A DNA stretch of 32,000 nt from Mycolicibacterium smegmatis (lineage in GTDB: Bacteria; Actinomycetota; Actinomycetes; Mycobacteriales; Mycobacteriaceae), in contig NZ_LN831039.1 of NCBI RefSeq assembly GCF_001457595.1, forward strand, positions 6,900,001 to 6,932,000, written 5' to 3'. This document shows, piece after piece, positions 1 to 7,652 of the stretch. A model generated the notes under the pieces. It made no database searches, was not told the DNA's origin, and was given only the letters and a program-made list of their open reading frames with translations. The first letter of the stretch is position 1; each line of letters begins with the position of its first letter. The position numbers were made by a program, and so were the translations under genes.

Positions 1-1278
1 GTCGTTGGTCACCGGGTCGCGTGAATTCCCGTGGGGTGCCATCACCGACGCGGCCTCGGCGCTGCCGTCGGTGAACGTCAGCGTCAGGTGCGTCTGGAAC
101 CGCTCGGTGGGCGGCAGTTCGTCGATGCTTTCGTCCAACTCCACGTGGGTGCACGCCAGCAGCCGCCAGACGTCGTCGGCGTCGAGGCGTTCGGCGGAGA
201 ACTGCTGCGGCAGCGCGACACCGTCGAGCAAGGTGACCGCGGCGGCGTAGCCGATGTTCATCTGGGCGCCGATCGCGGTCAGTGGCCGCTGCGGCTGCCA
301 CCAGCCGTGGTGGTAGACGACGTCGCCGACGCGGATGTCGATGCGCTCGATTGTGCGACCGTGCAGGCGGTTTCGCAGCGTGCGCGCAGCCTCGACGACG
401 CCGTGCAGACCACCCATGACCGCCCAGGACTTCACCATGATGGAAGTGGTCTCCCAGTGGTCGCCCAGTCCACGGGTGATGGCCGCGGCATCGATCTGAT
501 GGCCTTCGCCGTAGACGGCGAGGAATCCGCCGTAGGGGCGTTCGAGAACCTGATCGATGCCGGTGTAGCCCGACTGTGCGAGCGCGGCGGAGTAGAAGCC
601 GTTGCGGGCTGCGAAGCCGTGCTGCATCCGCTTGCCCATCGCCTCGTACTGCGCCGACATCAGCCCCGCGGACTGGGTCGCGGCGAAGCCGACCGCGTCC
701 TCGAGCTGCGCGCCGTCCAGCCCGCGGAGCTTCCCGCAGGCCAGCGCGGCGGCGATGCCGCCGAAGACGGGGCCGGAATGCCAACCGCGGGAGAGCATCT
801 CGGTGCCACCCAGGGCGCGCCCGATCCGCGGGCCGGTCTCGAAGCCCACGATCGCAGCCATCAGCAACTCCTTACCGCTCACCGGTCGGTTCAGGTGTGC
901 TGTCGTGGCGAGCAGTGCCGGGACCACCAGTGAGGCCGAGTGCAGCGGTGCGAAGGGATGAAAGTCGTCGAGTTCGAAGCCCTGGATGAAGGTGCTGTTG
1001 AGCAGGACGGCGCCGACCGGTGTGCTGGTGCGCCCTGTGCCGATGACGGGGACGGCTCCGTCGCCCTCGATACCCAGCACCGCGTCGGTGGCCAGGCGCG
1101 ACCACGGCAGCTGCGCCCCGACCAGGGCGCAGCCGATGCCGTCCAACAACAGATGGGCCGCCCGCACCCGGACGTGCTCGGGCACCTGATCCCATTCCAG
1201 GGTGCGCACCCAATTCACCAACTGGCCCGTCGGGCCCTCGGGCGCGCTGGGGTCGGTCAATGTGTTCACCTGACCCAT
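1..1278 (-). CDS. MmgE/PrpD family protein (3' end truncated by the window edge)
   Basis: Minus-strand frame read by hand from ATG at 1278 (MGQVNTLTDPSAPEGPTGQLVNWVRTLEWDQVPEHVRVRAAHLLLDGIGCALVGAQLPWSRLA...SALVVPA-like and GFETGPRIGRALGGTEMLSRGWHSGPVFGGIAAA segments), open to the window edge. GWH and substrate-site-like motifs are typical of MmgE/PrpD. It is absent from the supplied ORF list because it runs off the edge. Confidence 0.85.
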   Translation of the reverse strand, partial: MGQVNTLTDPSAPEGPTGQLVNWVRTLEWDQVPEHVRVRAAHLLLDGIGCALVGAQLPWSRLATDAVLGIEGDGAVPVIGTGRTSTPVGAVLLNSTFIQGFELDDFHPFAPLHSASLVVPALLATTAHLNRPVSGKELLMAAIVGFETGPRIGRALGGTEMLSRGWHSGPVFGGIAAALACGKLRGLDGAQLEDAVGFAATQSAGLMSAQYEAMGKRMQHGFAARNGFYSAALAQSGYTGIDQVLERPYGGFLAVYGEGHQIDAAAITRGLGDHWETTSIMVKSWAVMGGLHGVVEAARTLRNRLHGRTIERIDIRVGDVVYHHGWWQPQRPLTAIGAQMNIGYAAAVTLLDGVALPQQFSAERLDADDVWRLLACTHVELDESIDELPPTERFQTHLTLTFTDGSAEAASVMAPHGNSRDPVTND

Positions 1279-1309
1279 TGCAGAGATCGGGTTGCGTAGA
1301 AGCCAGTCA

Positions 1310-1328
1310 ACTTGCGAAATCTGCAAGT
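1310..1328. promoter_or_regulatory. Candidate IclR operator: inverted repeat ACTTGC-N7-GCAAGT
   Basis: Perfect 6-bp arms read directly in the divergent MmgE/PrpD-IclR intergenic region, just upstream of GTG 1340. Confidence 0.4.
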
Positions 1329-1339
1329 ACGATTTCGTC

Positions 1340-2110
1340 GTGGCCACCACCGCGCTGCGCGGGCTCCACGTACTGGAGACCCTCGCCGGGATGCGCCAAC
1401 CCGCGACGCTGCGCGATGTCGCCGCACGCGCCGGGCTCTCGGAGTCGAACGCGTTCCGGATTCTGCAGGCACTCGAAAACGAGGGCTACGTACACCATCT
1501 CGGGCGATCCGGTTACCGGTTGGCCAGCCGGGCGCTGGCCCTGGCCACCGTCATCGGTCCACGACCGGCCATGCTCCGCCTGATGCATCCGATCGTCGCC
1601 CGGTTGGCCGCAGTCAGCGGTGAGGCCGCCGTGGTGCACCTGCGGGCGGGGCAGTTCCGGGTGCTGGTGCTGGGCGTTCCGGCGCCCTCGGGGCCGATCG
1701 TCGACCCGGCCGGCGTCCTCGGGGAGCGCTCACCGCTGGCCGCCGGCGCCAGCGGCCGGATCATCCTGGCCTACCTAACCGAGACGGAGCTTGCCGACGT
1801 CGACCTCGACGGCGTGACCCCCGAGCAGCTCGCCGAAATTCGCGATCGCGGGTATGAAACGTCCTACGGCGAGAACCATCCGGGCATCAACGGCATTTCC
1901 GTGCCCCTGCTCGCCACGCCCGACGATCCCGGCGCTGCGCTGATTGTGTTGGGGTCCATGACGATTGCCGGCCCGGCGGAGCGGCTGCCGCCTCGGGCCG
2001 TGACGCGCCTGGTGGGACCGCTGCTGGGCGCCTGTAGGGATCTCAGCCCACGGCTGGCCGCACTGCTGGGCCCCAATCCGGGCGCCACGATCGACGCGCT
2101 CGATCTCTAG
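1340..2110 (+). CDS. IclR family transcriptional regulator
   Basis: ORF 1292..2110. N-terminal winged HTH (ALRGLHVLETLAGMRQPATLRDVAARAGLSESNAFRILQALENEGYV) and C-terminal IclR effector domain (LRLMHPIVARLAAVSGEAAVVHL...GINGISVPL). GTG at 1340 is the more likely start. Confidence 0.9.
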   Translation: MATTALRGLHVLETLAGMRQPATLRDVAARAGLSESNAFRILQALENEGYVHHLGRSGYRLASRALALATVIGPRPAMLRLMHPIVARLAAVSGEAAVVHLRAGQFRVLVLGVPAPSGPIVDPAGVLGERSPLAAGASGRIILAYLTETELADVDLDGVTPEQLAEIRDRGYETSYGENHPGINGISVPLLATPDDPGAALIVLGSMTIAGPAERLPPRAVTRLVGPLLGACRDLSPRLAALLGPNPGATIDALDL

Positions 2111-2111
2111 A

Positions 2112-3230
2112 TCAGCGAATGAGGCGGAAGAATCCGCGCACCTGCTCGACGAGTGACTCCGGCTGTTCCATTGCCGCGAAATGGCCTCCGCGCGGTAGCT
2201 CTTCGAACCAGCGCAGGTCGGTGAACCGCAGTTCGGCCTCTCGCCGTGACGGGCGGGAGATGTCGCGTGGATAGATCGACAGCCCGGACGGCGCGGTCAC
2301 CTTGTCACGGAAGTTGGCGAAGCTCTCCCAATACAGGCGCGCCGAGGACGTGGCCGACGCGGTGAACCAGTACACGGAGATCTCGTCGAGAATCTGTTGC
2401 CGGGACACCGCATCCTCGGGGTGGCCGTTGTTGTCCGTCCAGGCCCAGAACTTTTCGGCGATCCATGCGGCCTGACCTGCCGGGGAATCGGTCAGGCCGT
2501 AGCCGAGGGTCTGCGGGCGTGTGGCCTGCTGCGCCGAGTAGCCGCGGCCGGTGCGCTGGAATTCGTTGGCGGCAGCCAGGTTCGCCAGCTCCGCGGGTGT
2601 CGGGTCATCGAACGTGCCCGCGGCCACGGATCCCATGTTCAGGTGGACGCCGGCGACCCGCTCGGGCGCCACCTCGCCCAGCGCGCCGGAGACTGCCGAA
2701 CCCCAGTCGCCGCCCTGCGCGCCATACCGCTGATAACCCAGCGAGACCATCAACGTGTCCCAGGCACGCGCGATACGGGTGATGCCCCATCCGGTCGTCG
2801 AGGGCTTGTCGCTCCAGCCGTACCCAGGCAACGACGGGGCGACCACGTGGAACGCGTCGGCCGGATCTCCGCCGTGCGCGCGGGGATCGGTCAGCGGCCC
2901 CAGTACCTCCAGGAACTCGAGCACCGACCCCGGCCACCCGTGCGTGAGCACCAGCGGAAATGCCGTCGGCTCCGGCGAGCGCACGTGCAGAAAGTGGATG
3001 CCCAGCCCGTCGATCGTGTCGCGGAATTGCGGAAAGGCGTTGAGCCGCTCGGCGAATCCGAAGTCGTAATCGTGTGCCCAGCTGTGGCAGAGCTCCTGCA
3101 CATAGGCCAGCGGAATCCCCTGTGACCAGTCGTCTACCGGCTCGGGTTCGGGCCACCGTGTCCGGCGCAGGCGATCTCGCAGGTCCGCGATCTCGGCTTC
3201 GGTGATCCTGACCTCGAACGGTTCGGTCAC
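2112..3230 (-). CDS. Epoxide hydrolase (alpha/beta hydrolase with EHN N-terminal domain)
   Basis: 372 aa. EVRITEAEIADLRDRLRRTRWPEP N-terminal domain, LTHGWPGSVLEFLEVLGPLTDP oxyanion region, GAQGGDWGS nucleophile elbow, SGLSIYPRDI and GGHFAAMEQPE catalytic His region. Confidence 0.92.
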   Translation of the reverse strand: MTEPFEVRITEAEIADLRDRLRRTRWPEPEPVDDWSQGIPLAYVQELCHSWAHDYDFGFAERLNAFPQFRDTIDGLGIHFLHVRSPEPTAFPLVLTHGWPGSVLEFLEVLGPLTDPRAHGGDPADAFHVVAPSLPGYGWSDKPSTTGWGITRIARAWDTLMVSLGYQRYGAQGGDWGSAVSGALGEVAPERVAGVHLNMGSVAAGTFDDPTPAELANLAAANEFQRTGRGYSAQQATRPQTLGYGLTDSPAGQAAWIAEKFWAWTDNNGHPEDAVSRQQILDEISVYWFTASATSSARLYWESFANFRDKVTAPSGLSIYPRDISRPSRREAELRFTDLRWFEELPRGGHFAAMEQPESLVEQVRGFFRLIR

Positions 3231-3283
3231 AGCGGGTCTCCATTCTGGCGCGGCAAGAGTCGGCGCGGTCGGCTTGCAGCGCC

Positions 3284-4036
3284 TCAGATCACTTGTTCGG
3301 TGGGCCGGATGAGGATCTCGTTGACCGCCGCGTGCGCGGGCCGGGTGACCATGTACACGATCGCGGACGCGATGTCGGCGGGGTCAAGGGGCGCACCGGT
3401 CGTGGCATCGGGGGCACCCTTGCTTCCGCCGGTAGTCATCTCGGTCCGAACCACACCGGGCTCCACCACCCCGACGCGAACACGCCTGGTCGCCAACTCT
3501 TGCCGCAACGCCTCCGTGAACGCGCCGACGGCGTGCTTGCTCGCGGCGTAGACATTGCTCGACGGTCCTGGGACGCGCCTGCCTCCGACAGAGCTGACGG
3601 TCACGATGTCGGCCACCCCACGCTCCCGCTCGCCGGCCCTGACCACCAGAGGCAGTGCTGCGTGCGTGACGTTCAGAACGCCACCGATGTTCACGTCGAT
3701 GGTGCGGTGCCAGTCGGCGAGATCGGCTTCGACGGCCGGTGCGTTGGCCAGGAATCCGGCGTTGTTGACCAAGATGTCGATGCGGCCGAACTCGTCGGCG
3801 ATGGCTTGCACGGACCGAGCGACGGTCGCGCCGTCGGTGACGTCCACCTCGTGGGCGTGCGCTCGACCTCCGTCGCGTTCGATCACGTCGACCAGTTCTT
3901 CGAGTCGCGCGAGTCGACGGCCGAAGACCGCCACGGTGGCGCCTTCGGCGGCGAGGGCACGGGCCGTCGCCCATCCGATGCCGCTCGATGCGCCGGTCAC
4001 CAGGGCAACCGTGTCGGCGAGCCTCTTGCCTGTCAT
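3284..4036 (-). CDS. SDR family NAD(P)-dependent oxidoreductase
   Basis: TGASSGIG cofactor motif, NNAG, YAASK catalytic motif. The start MTGKRLADTVALVTGASSGIG is preferred over the upstream start at 4093. Confidence 0.9.
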   Translation of the reverse strand: MTGKRLADTVALVTGASSGIGWATARALAAEGATVAVFGRRLARLEELVDVIERDGGRAHAHEVDVTDGATVARSVQAIADEFGRIDILVNNAGFLANAPAVEADLADWHRTIDVNIGGVLNVTHAALPLVVRAGERERGVADIVTVSSVGGRRVPGPSSNVYAASKHAVGAFTEALRQELATRRVRVGVVEPGVVRTEMTTGGSKGAPDATTGAPLDPADIASAIVYMVTRPAHAAVNEILIRPTEQVI

Positions 4037-4125
4037 AAGGAACGCCTCCTCTGGGGTACGGGACGGTGCAACGATGCGTCGTCCCCTGTGCATTCCCGAG
4101 TTGGCGAAGTCGTTCCCCGCTCCGG

Positions 4126-4575
4126 TCAGGACGCTCGAGACCGGACAGGCTCACCGGCGTTCTCGGCGAAAGCTCGGAACACCGCAAGGCTGTCCTCGTA
4201 GACGTGGTGACGGGTGACGAGGCCGTTCTCCACCGTCAGGTGCAACGCAAAGGCAGCCTCATAGCTGCGCCCGGTCGGACCGGCGGTGTTGCGGAGCTCG
4301 CCGAGCACGACGGCGTCAGCGCCGTCCACCAGGACGGAAAACACCTCGGCGGAACTCTGTTTCGCCACATGGTGGTCGGCGATCAGACGGAAGTGCTCCT
4401 CGACGCCGGCACGGGTCGATCGCTGTTGGATCCATGGGACAACTCCCATATGATCACCGGCCGGCCAGCTGAGCTTCCACGAAACCTCCTCGGCATAGAG
4501 CTCGGCGATTCTTCCGGGGTCGCCGGCCGCGATGCGTCGAAGCAGTTCGTTGACCGTCTCACGGGTACTCACCAC
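4126..4575 (-). CDS. SnoaL-like / NTF2-fold family protein (limonene-1,2-epoxide-hydrolase-like fold)
   Basis: 149 aa. NELLRRIAAGDPGRIAELYAEEVSWKLSWP N-terminal pattern and RSYEAAFALHLTVENGLVTRHHVYEDSLAVFRAF. Confidence 0.75.
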   Translation of the reverse strand: MVSTRETVNELLRRIAAGDPGRIAELYAEEVSWKLSWPAGDHMGVVPWIQQRSTRAGVEEHFRLIADHHVAKQSSAEVFSVLVDGADAVVLGELRNTAGPTGRSYEAAFALHLTVENGLVTRHHVYEDSLAVFRAFAENAGEPVRSRAS

Positions 4576-4646
4576 ATGAGTTTGGCATTTCTCCTGTCCG
4601 TCAGGCCATTACGCGACAGGTAATGGCGGTCGAGCAGTCCGGTTGT

Positions 4647-5219
4647 CTAGTGCGCGGAGGGGTCGGCGATGGAGAAGTCCCACGTTCCCTCGGCGATGTC
4701 GGCGAGCCGCTGCAGGTAGGCGTTGCGGGACTCCTGGGACGTCGCCATGCGCTCACGGTCCAACACCGGAGCGCCGAGTTCGGCCGGCGGCAGGGTCTGG
4801 GCGGTGGCCTTCACGCCGTAGAACGGAAGGTGATCGTCGAAACCGCCGGGCGCGTAGAAGTTCAACACCCTGGCGTCCTCGTCGGATACCACCCGGAACG
4901 CGTGCCTGGTGGATTTCGGGATCCACACCGCGGCTCCCGGGCCGGCCCGCATCACCTCGTCGGCAGCACCGACCACCAACTCCAACTCGCCCGAAATCAC
5001 GTAGAAACCCTCTGCCTGGCGCTCGTGCACATGCGCGGGCGGGCCGGCCCCTGCTGGGATGACCTGTTCGAGAAGGGTGAATTCCCCGAGGGTTTGGTCT
5101 GCGGACATCAGGACGTTCCACAGCACGGCGCGATACCAGTACGCAGGGGATGCGCCGGCCTGGCCGAGTACTACTTCCGCGGGCTTGTCATCGGTCGTCA
5201 CGGGACTGTCCGTCCACAC
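4647..5219 (-). CDS. Cupin domain-containing protein (quercetin dioxygenase-like)
   Basis: 190 aa with metal-binding cupin motif PPAHVHERQAEGFYVISGELEL and second motif PGAAVWIPKSTRHAFRV. Confidence 0.85.
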   Translation of the reverse strand: MWTDSPVTTDDKPAEVVLGQAGASPAYWYRAVLWNVLMSADQTLGEFTLLEQVIPAGAGPPAHVHERQAEGFYVISGELELVVGAADEVMRAGPGAAVWIPKSTRHAFRVVSDEDARVLNFYAPGGFDDHLPFYGVKATAQTLPPAELGAPVLDRERMATSQESRNAYLQRLADIAEGTWDFSIADPSAH

Positions 5220-5255
5220 GTATTACGGCATTCATGAAGGTCGACCTTTCTGGTG

Positions 5256-5280
5256 TGTGATGTCACATCGTGACATCACA
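5256..5280. promoter_or_regulatory. Palindrome 1 (TGTGATGTCAC-ATC-GTGACATCACA), candidate TetR operator
   Basis: Perfect 11-bp arms with a 3-nt centre, in the divergent promoter between the cupin and TetR genes. Confidence 0.7.
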
Positions 5281-5285
5281 GTAGC

Positions 5286-5310
5286 ACTGATGTCGCGTCG
5301 TGACATCAGT
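5286..5310. promoter_or_regulatory. Palindrome 2 (ACTGATGTC-GCGTCGT-GACATCAGT), second copy of candidate TetR operator
   Basis: 9-bp perfect arms. Shares the core TGATGTCRCRTCGTGACATCA with palindrome 1. Centres are 30 bp apart. Confidence 0.7.
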
Positions 5311-5358
5311 CAGTCGGTCCGGGTCCCCCGCCGGCAGGACGCCAAGTAGCGTTGGGCC

Positions 5359-5943
5359 ATGCCCAGGTGGGAACACGGCAGCGAAGATCGTCTGAAGCAG
5401 GCAGCGACGGAGCTGTTCGAAGAGCGCGGTTTTCAGAACACCACGGCCGTCGAGATCGCCAAACGGGCTCGTGTGTCCACCCGAACCTTTTTCCGGTACT
5501 TCGCGGACAAGCAGGCAGTGGTGTTCGCCGACGCCGAGCGGCTGCGCGCGGCGTTGATTCAGCAACTCGGCACCACCGCCGACGCCGGGCAGCCGCTCCG
5601 GTCAGTGACGGCCGTGTTGGCGGGCTTCGATTGGGAAAGTTTGGGATCGCGGGAATCTCAACGCCGACGCGATCGCATGATCGCATCGAATCCGGAACTG
5701 CTCGAACGTGATCTGATGAAGCAGCATGAAATGGCAGAGGCCTTCAGTGGTGTGCTGCGAGAGCGAGGGGTCGAGCCCTACGCGGCCGAACTTGCTGCGC
5801 GCGTGGGAATCGATGTGTTCCGTACCGCATACCGGCGCTGGCTGGCTGCCGACGAAGGTGACGCCGAGTTGTCAGCGTTGGTCGAGGCCGTCATGACAGC
5901 GTTGAACAGCATCGCCCCGGCGCCCAGAGGAAGTGAGACATGA
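5359..5943 (+). CDS. TetR family transcriptional regulator
   Basis: 194 aa. HTH AATELFEERGFQNTTAVEIAKRARVSTRTFFRYFADKQAVVF. Confidence 0.93.
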   Translation: MPRWEHGSEDRLKQAATELFEERGFQNTTAVEIAKRARVSTRTFFRYFADKQAVVFADAERLRAALIQQLGTTADAGQPLRSVTAVLAGFDWESLGSRESQRRRDRMIASNPELLERDLMKQHEMAEAFSGVLRERGVEPYAAELAARVGIDVFRTAYRRWLAADEGDAELSALVEAVMTALNSIAPAPRGSET

Positions 5944-6707
5944 AAATGGAGCAACGCAGCCCCGCCCCGACGGAGGCCGAACTGCGCCGAGAACTGGCCG
6001 CGGTGTACCGCCTGGTCGCGCACCACCGGATGACCGACCTGGTGTTCACGCACATCTCGGTGCGGCTGCCCGGGAATGACCACCACTTCCTGATCAACCC
6101 CTACGGGTTGCTGTTCGAAGAGATCACCGCGTCGAGCCTGGTTCGAGTCGATCTGAACGGCAACGTCATTGGCGAGACGCCCTATTGCGTGAACCCAGCC
6201 GGTTTCGTCATCCACAGTGCGATCCACGCTGCGCGAGAAGACGCCGCCTGCGTGCTGCACACGCACACGCTGGCCGGCTGTGCGGTCGCGGCGTCGGCGT
6301 CGGGGCTCCTCCCGGTGAACCAGATCTCCATGGAATTTTTCAACCGCGTGGGCTATCACGACTACGAGGGCGTGGCGCTGAACCTCGATGAACAGAAGCG
6401 GCTCGTCGAGGACCTGGGCACGCACGACGCGCTGATCCTGCGCAACCACGGCCTGCTGACGGTGGGAGCGACCCCCGCACGGGCCTTCCTGCGGATGTAC
6501 TACCTGAACAAGGCATGCGAAATCCAGATCGCCGCCTCGCAGCTCGGAGAATTGGTCATCCCGGACCCCCGCATCACCGAGCATGCCGCCCAACAGCTCG
6601 TGGGCGACGCAGCAGGGGACGACTACACCGACGACGTGGGATACGACCTGGCCTGGGCGGCGATGGTCCGGATGCTCGATCGCACGCAGCCGGACTACCG
6701 GGACTGA
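5940..6707 (+). CDS. Class II aldolase/adducin family protein
   Basis: 255 aa. ELAAVYRLVAHHRMTDLVFTHISVRLPG, HTHTLAGCAVAAS metal site, ILRNHGLLTVG. 4-bp ATGA overlap with the TetR gene. Confidence 0.92.
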   Translation: MKMEQRSPAPTEAELRRELAAVYRLVAHHRMTDLVFTHISVRLPGNDHHFLINPYGLLFEEITASSLVRVDLNGNVIGETPYCVNPAGFVIHSAIHAAREDAACVLHTHTLAGCAVAASASGLLPVNQISMEFFNRVGYHDYEGVALNLDEQKRLVEDLGTHDALILRNHGLLTVGATPARAFLRMYYLNKACEIQIAASQLGELVIPDPRITEHAAQQLVGDAAGDDYTDDVGYDLAWAAMVRMLDRTQPDYRD

Positions 6708-6897
6708 CGAGCTGAAATAGCGCCGAGCCGCGCTCCGGAAGTCGCCGTGGATAAATACAGTCGCCAACCCGGCAGGTTCGGTTCACCAATCTTCATGCGG
6801 GGGCAGTGTTTTTCCTCCACGCTCTGCGTCCTCCAAGCGTGCCCGGCGTCCGCGTGACTACATCCATGTGTCGGAAAGCCCGCTGCCGAGGGGTGAT

Positions 6898-7587
6898 TCA
6901 GGCGGTCCCCCGGTGTCCGAAGGACGGCGCAGTAAGAACCGCCGAGGCGTCGGCGGCGGCCGACCGCACCACCGCGCGCACCCGGTCGAGCGCCTGATCG
7001 GCCAGCGTGAAGTCGGTGCCGGCCACACCCAGTGCGCCAAGCACCTCTCCGCGGCGGTGGAAAACCGGGGCGGCCACCCAGCGCAATTGCCTTGCCGGAT
7101 CCTGGGACACCACGGCCTCCGAGGACGTGGAGACGATTGCCTGCCCGAGTGCCGTCTGCTCGATCGCAGTCGTCAACCCGGGCCGGACCGGGATGGCGAA
7201 TGGATCCAGCGACTCGACCGCGTCGACGATTACGAGATTGCCGCCGTACTGCTGGGCGAAGTGCGCGCTGAGCCCCGTCGCCGTCCGCAGCGACTCGAGC
7301 GCGGCCGCAACGGTCTTGCGCCACGGCGCATCAGAGAGCGCCGCGGCCGCGATCCCGAGAAACCGGGGGCCGATCCGGTAGGTGCTGTCGGGTTCGGCCA
7401 CCACAAACCCCTGAGAAACGAGGTGTTGCAACAGCCGATAGACAGTGGCCTTGGGCAATTCGGTCCGAGCGGCGAGATCCACGATGCGATGACACCCTCC
7501 ACGTTCGGACAACGCGGCCAGCACGTCGAGCACCTTCACCGCTGCCGCTCGCGGTGAATTCTCCGCTCCACTGTCATTCGTCGCCAT
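6898..7587 (-). CDS. IclR family transcriptional regulator
   Basis: 229 aa. AVKVLDVLAALSERGGCHRIVDLAARTELPKATVYRLLQHLVSQGFV HTH plus effector domain. Confidence 0.93.
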   Translation of the reverse strand: MATNDSGAENSPRAAAVKVLDVLAALSERGGCHRIVDLAARTELPKATVYRLLQHLVSQGFVVAEPDSTYRIGPRFLGIAAAALSDAPWRKTVAAALESLRTATGLSAHFAQQYGGNLVIVDAVESLDPFAIPVRPGLTTAIEQTALGQAIVSTSSEAVVSQDPARQLRWVAAPVFHRRGEVLGALGVAGTDFTLADQALDRVRAVVRSAAADASAVLTAPSFGHRGTA

Positions 7588-7606
7588 CGCGAGTTATGGT
7601 AGCAGC

Positions 7607-7634
7607 GTTTCGTCAGATGAAACCGCCGTTTCAT
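7607..7634. promoter_or_regulatory. Overlapping inverted repeats (GTTTC-N7-GAAAC and ATGAAAC-CGCC-GTTTCAT), candidate operator for the divergent IclR regulator
   Basis: Sequence GTTTCGTCAGATGAAACCGCCGTTTCAT read directly between the IclR start (7587) and the transporter start. Three GTTTC/GAAAC half-sites. Confidence 0.6.
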
Positions 7635-7652
7635 ATTCGAAGGGCCGCCCCC

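Noticed and set aside
31-933. 300-aa plus-strand ORF over the MmgE/PrpD gene
   Set aside because: Shadow ORF in high-GC DNA. The opposite strand encodes a recognisable MmgE/PrpD protein, while this translation is repetitive Arg/Gly/Val-rich with no family features.
4121-4145. TCCGGTC-N11-GACCGGA inverted repeat at the SnoaL/SDR junction, considered as a terminator
   Set aside because: Only 7-bp arms with a long loop, GC-rich, no T-run, and it overlaps the SnoaL stop codon. Expected by chance fairly often in such DNA.
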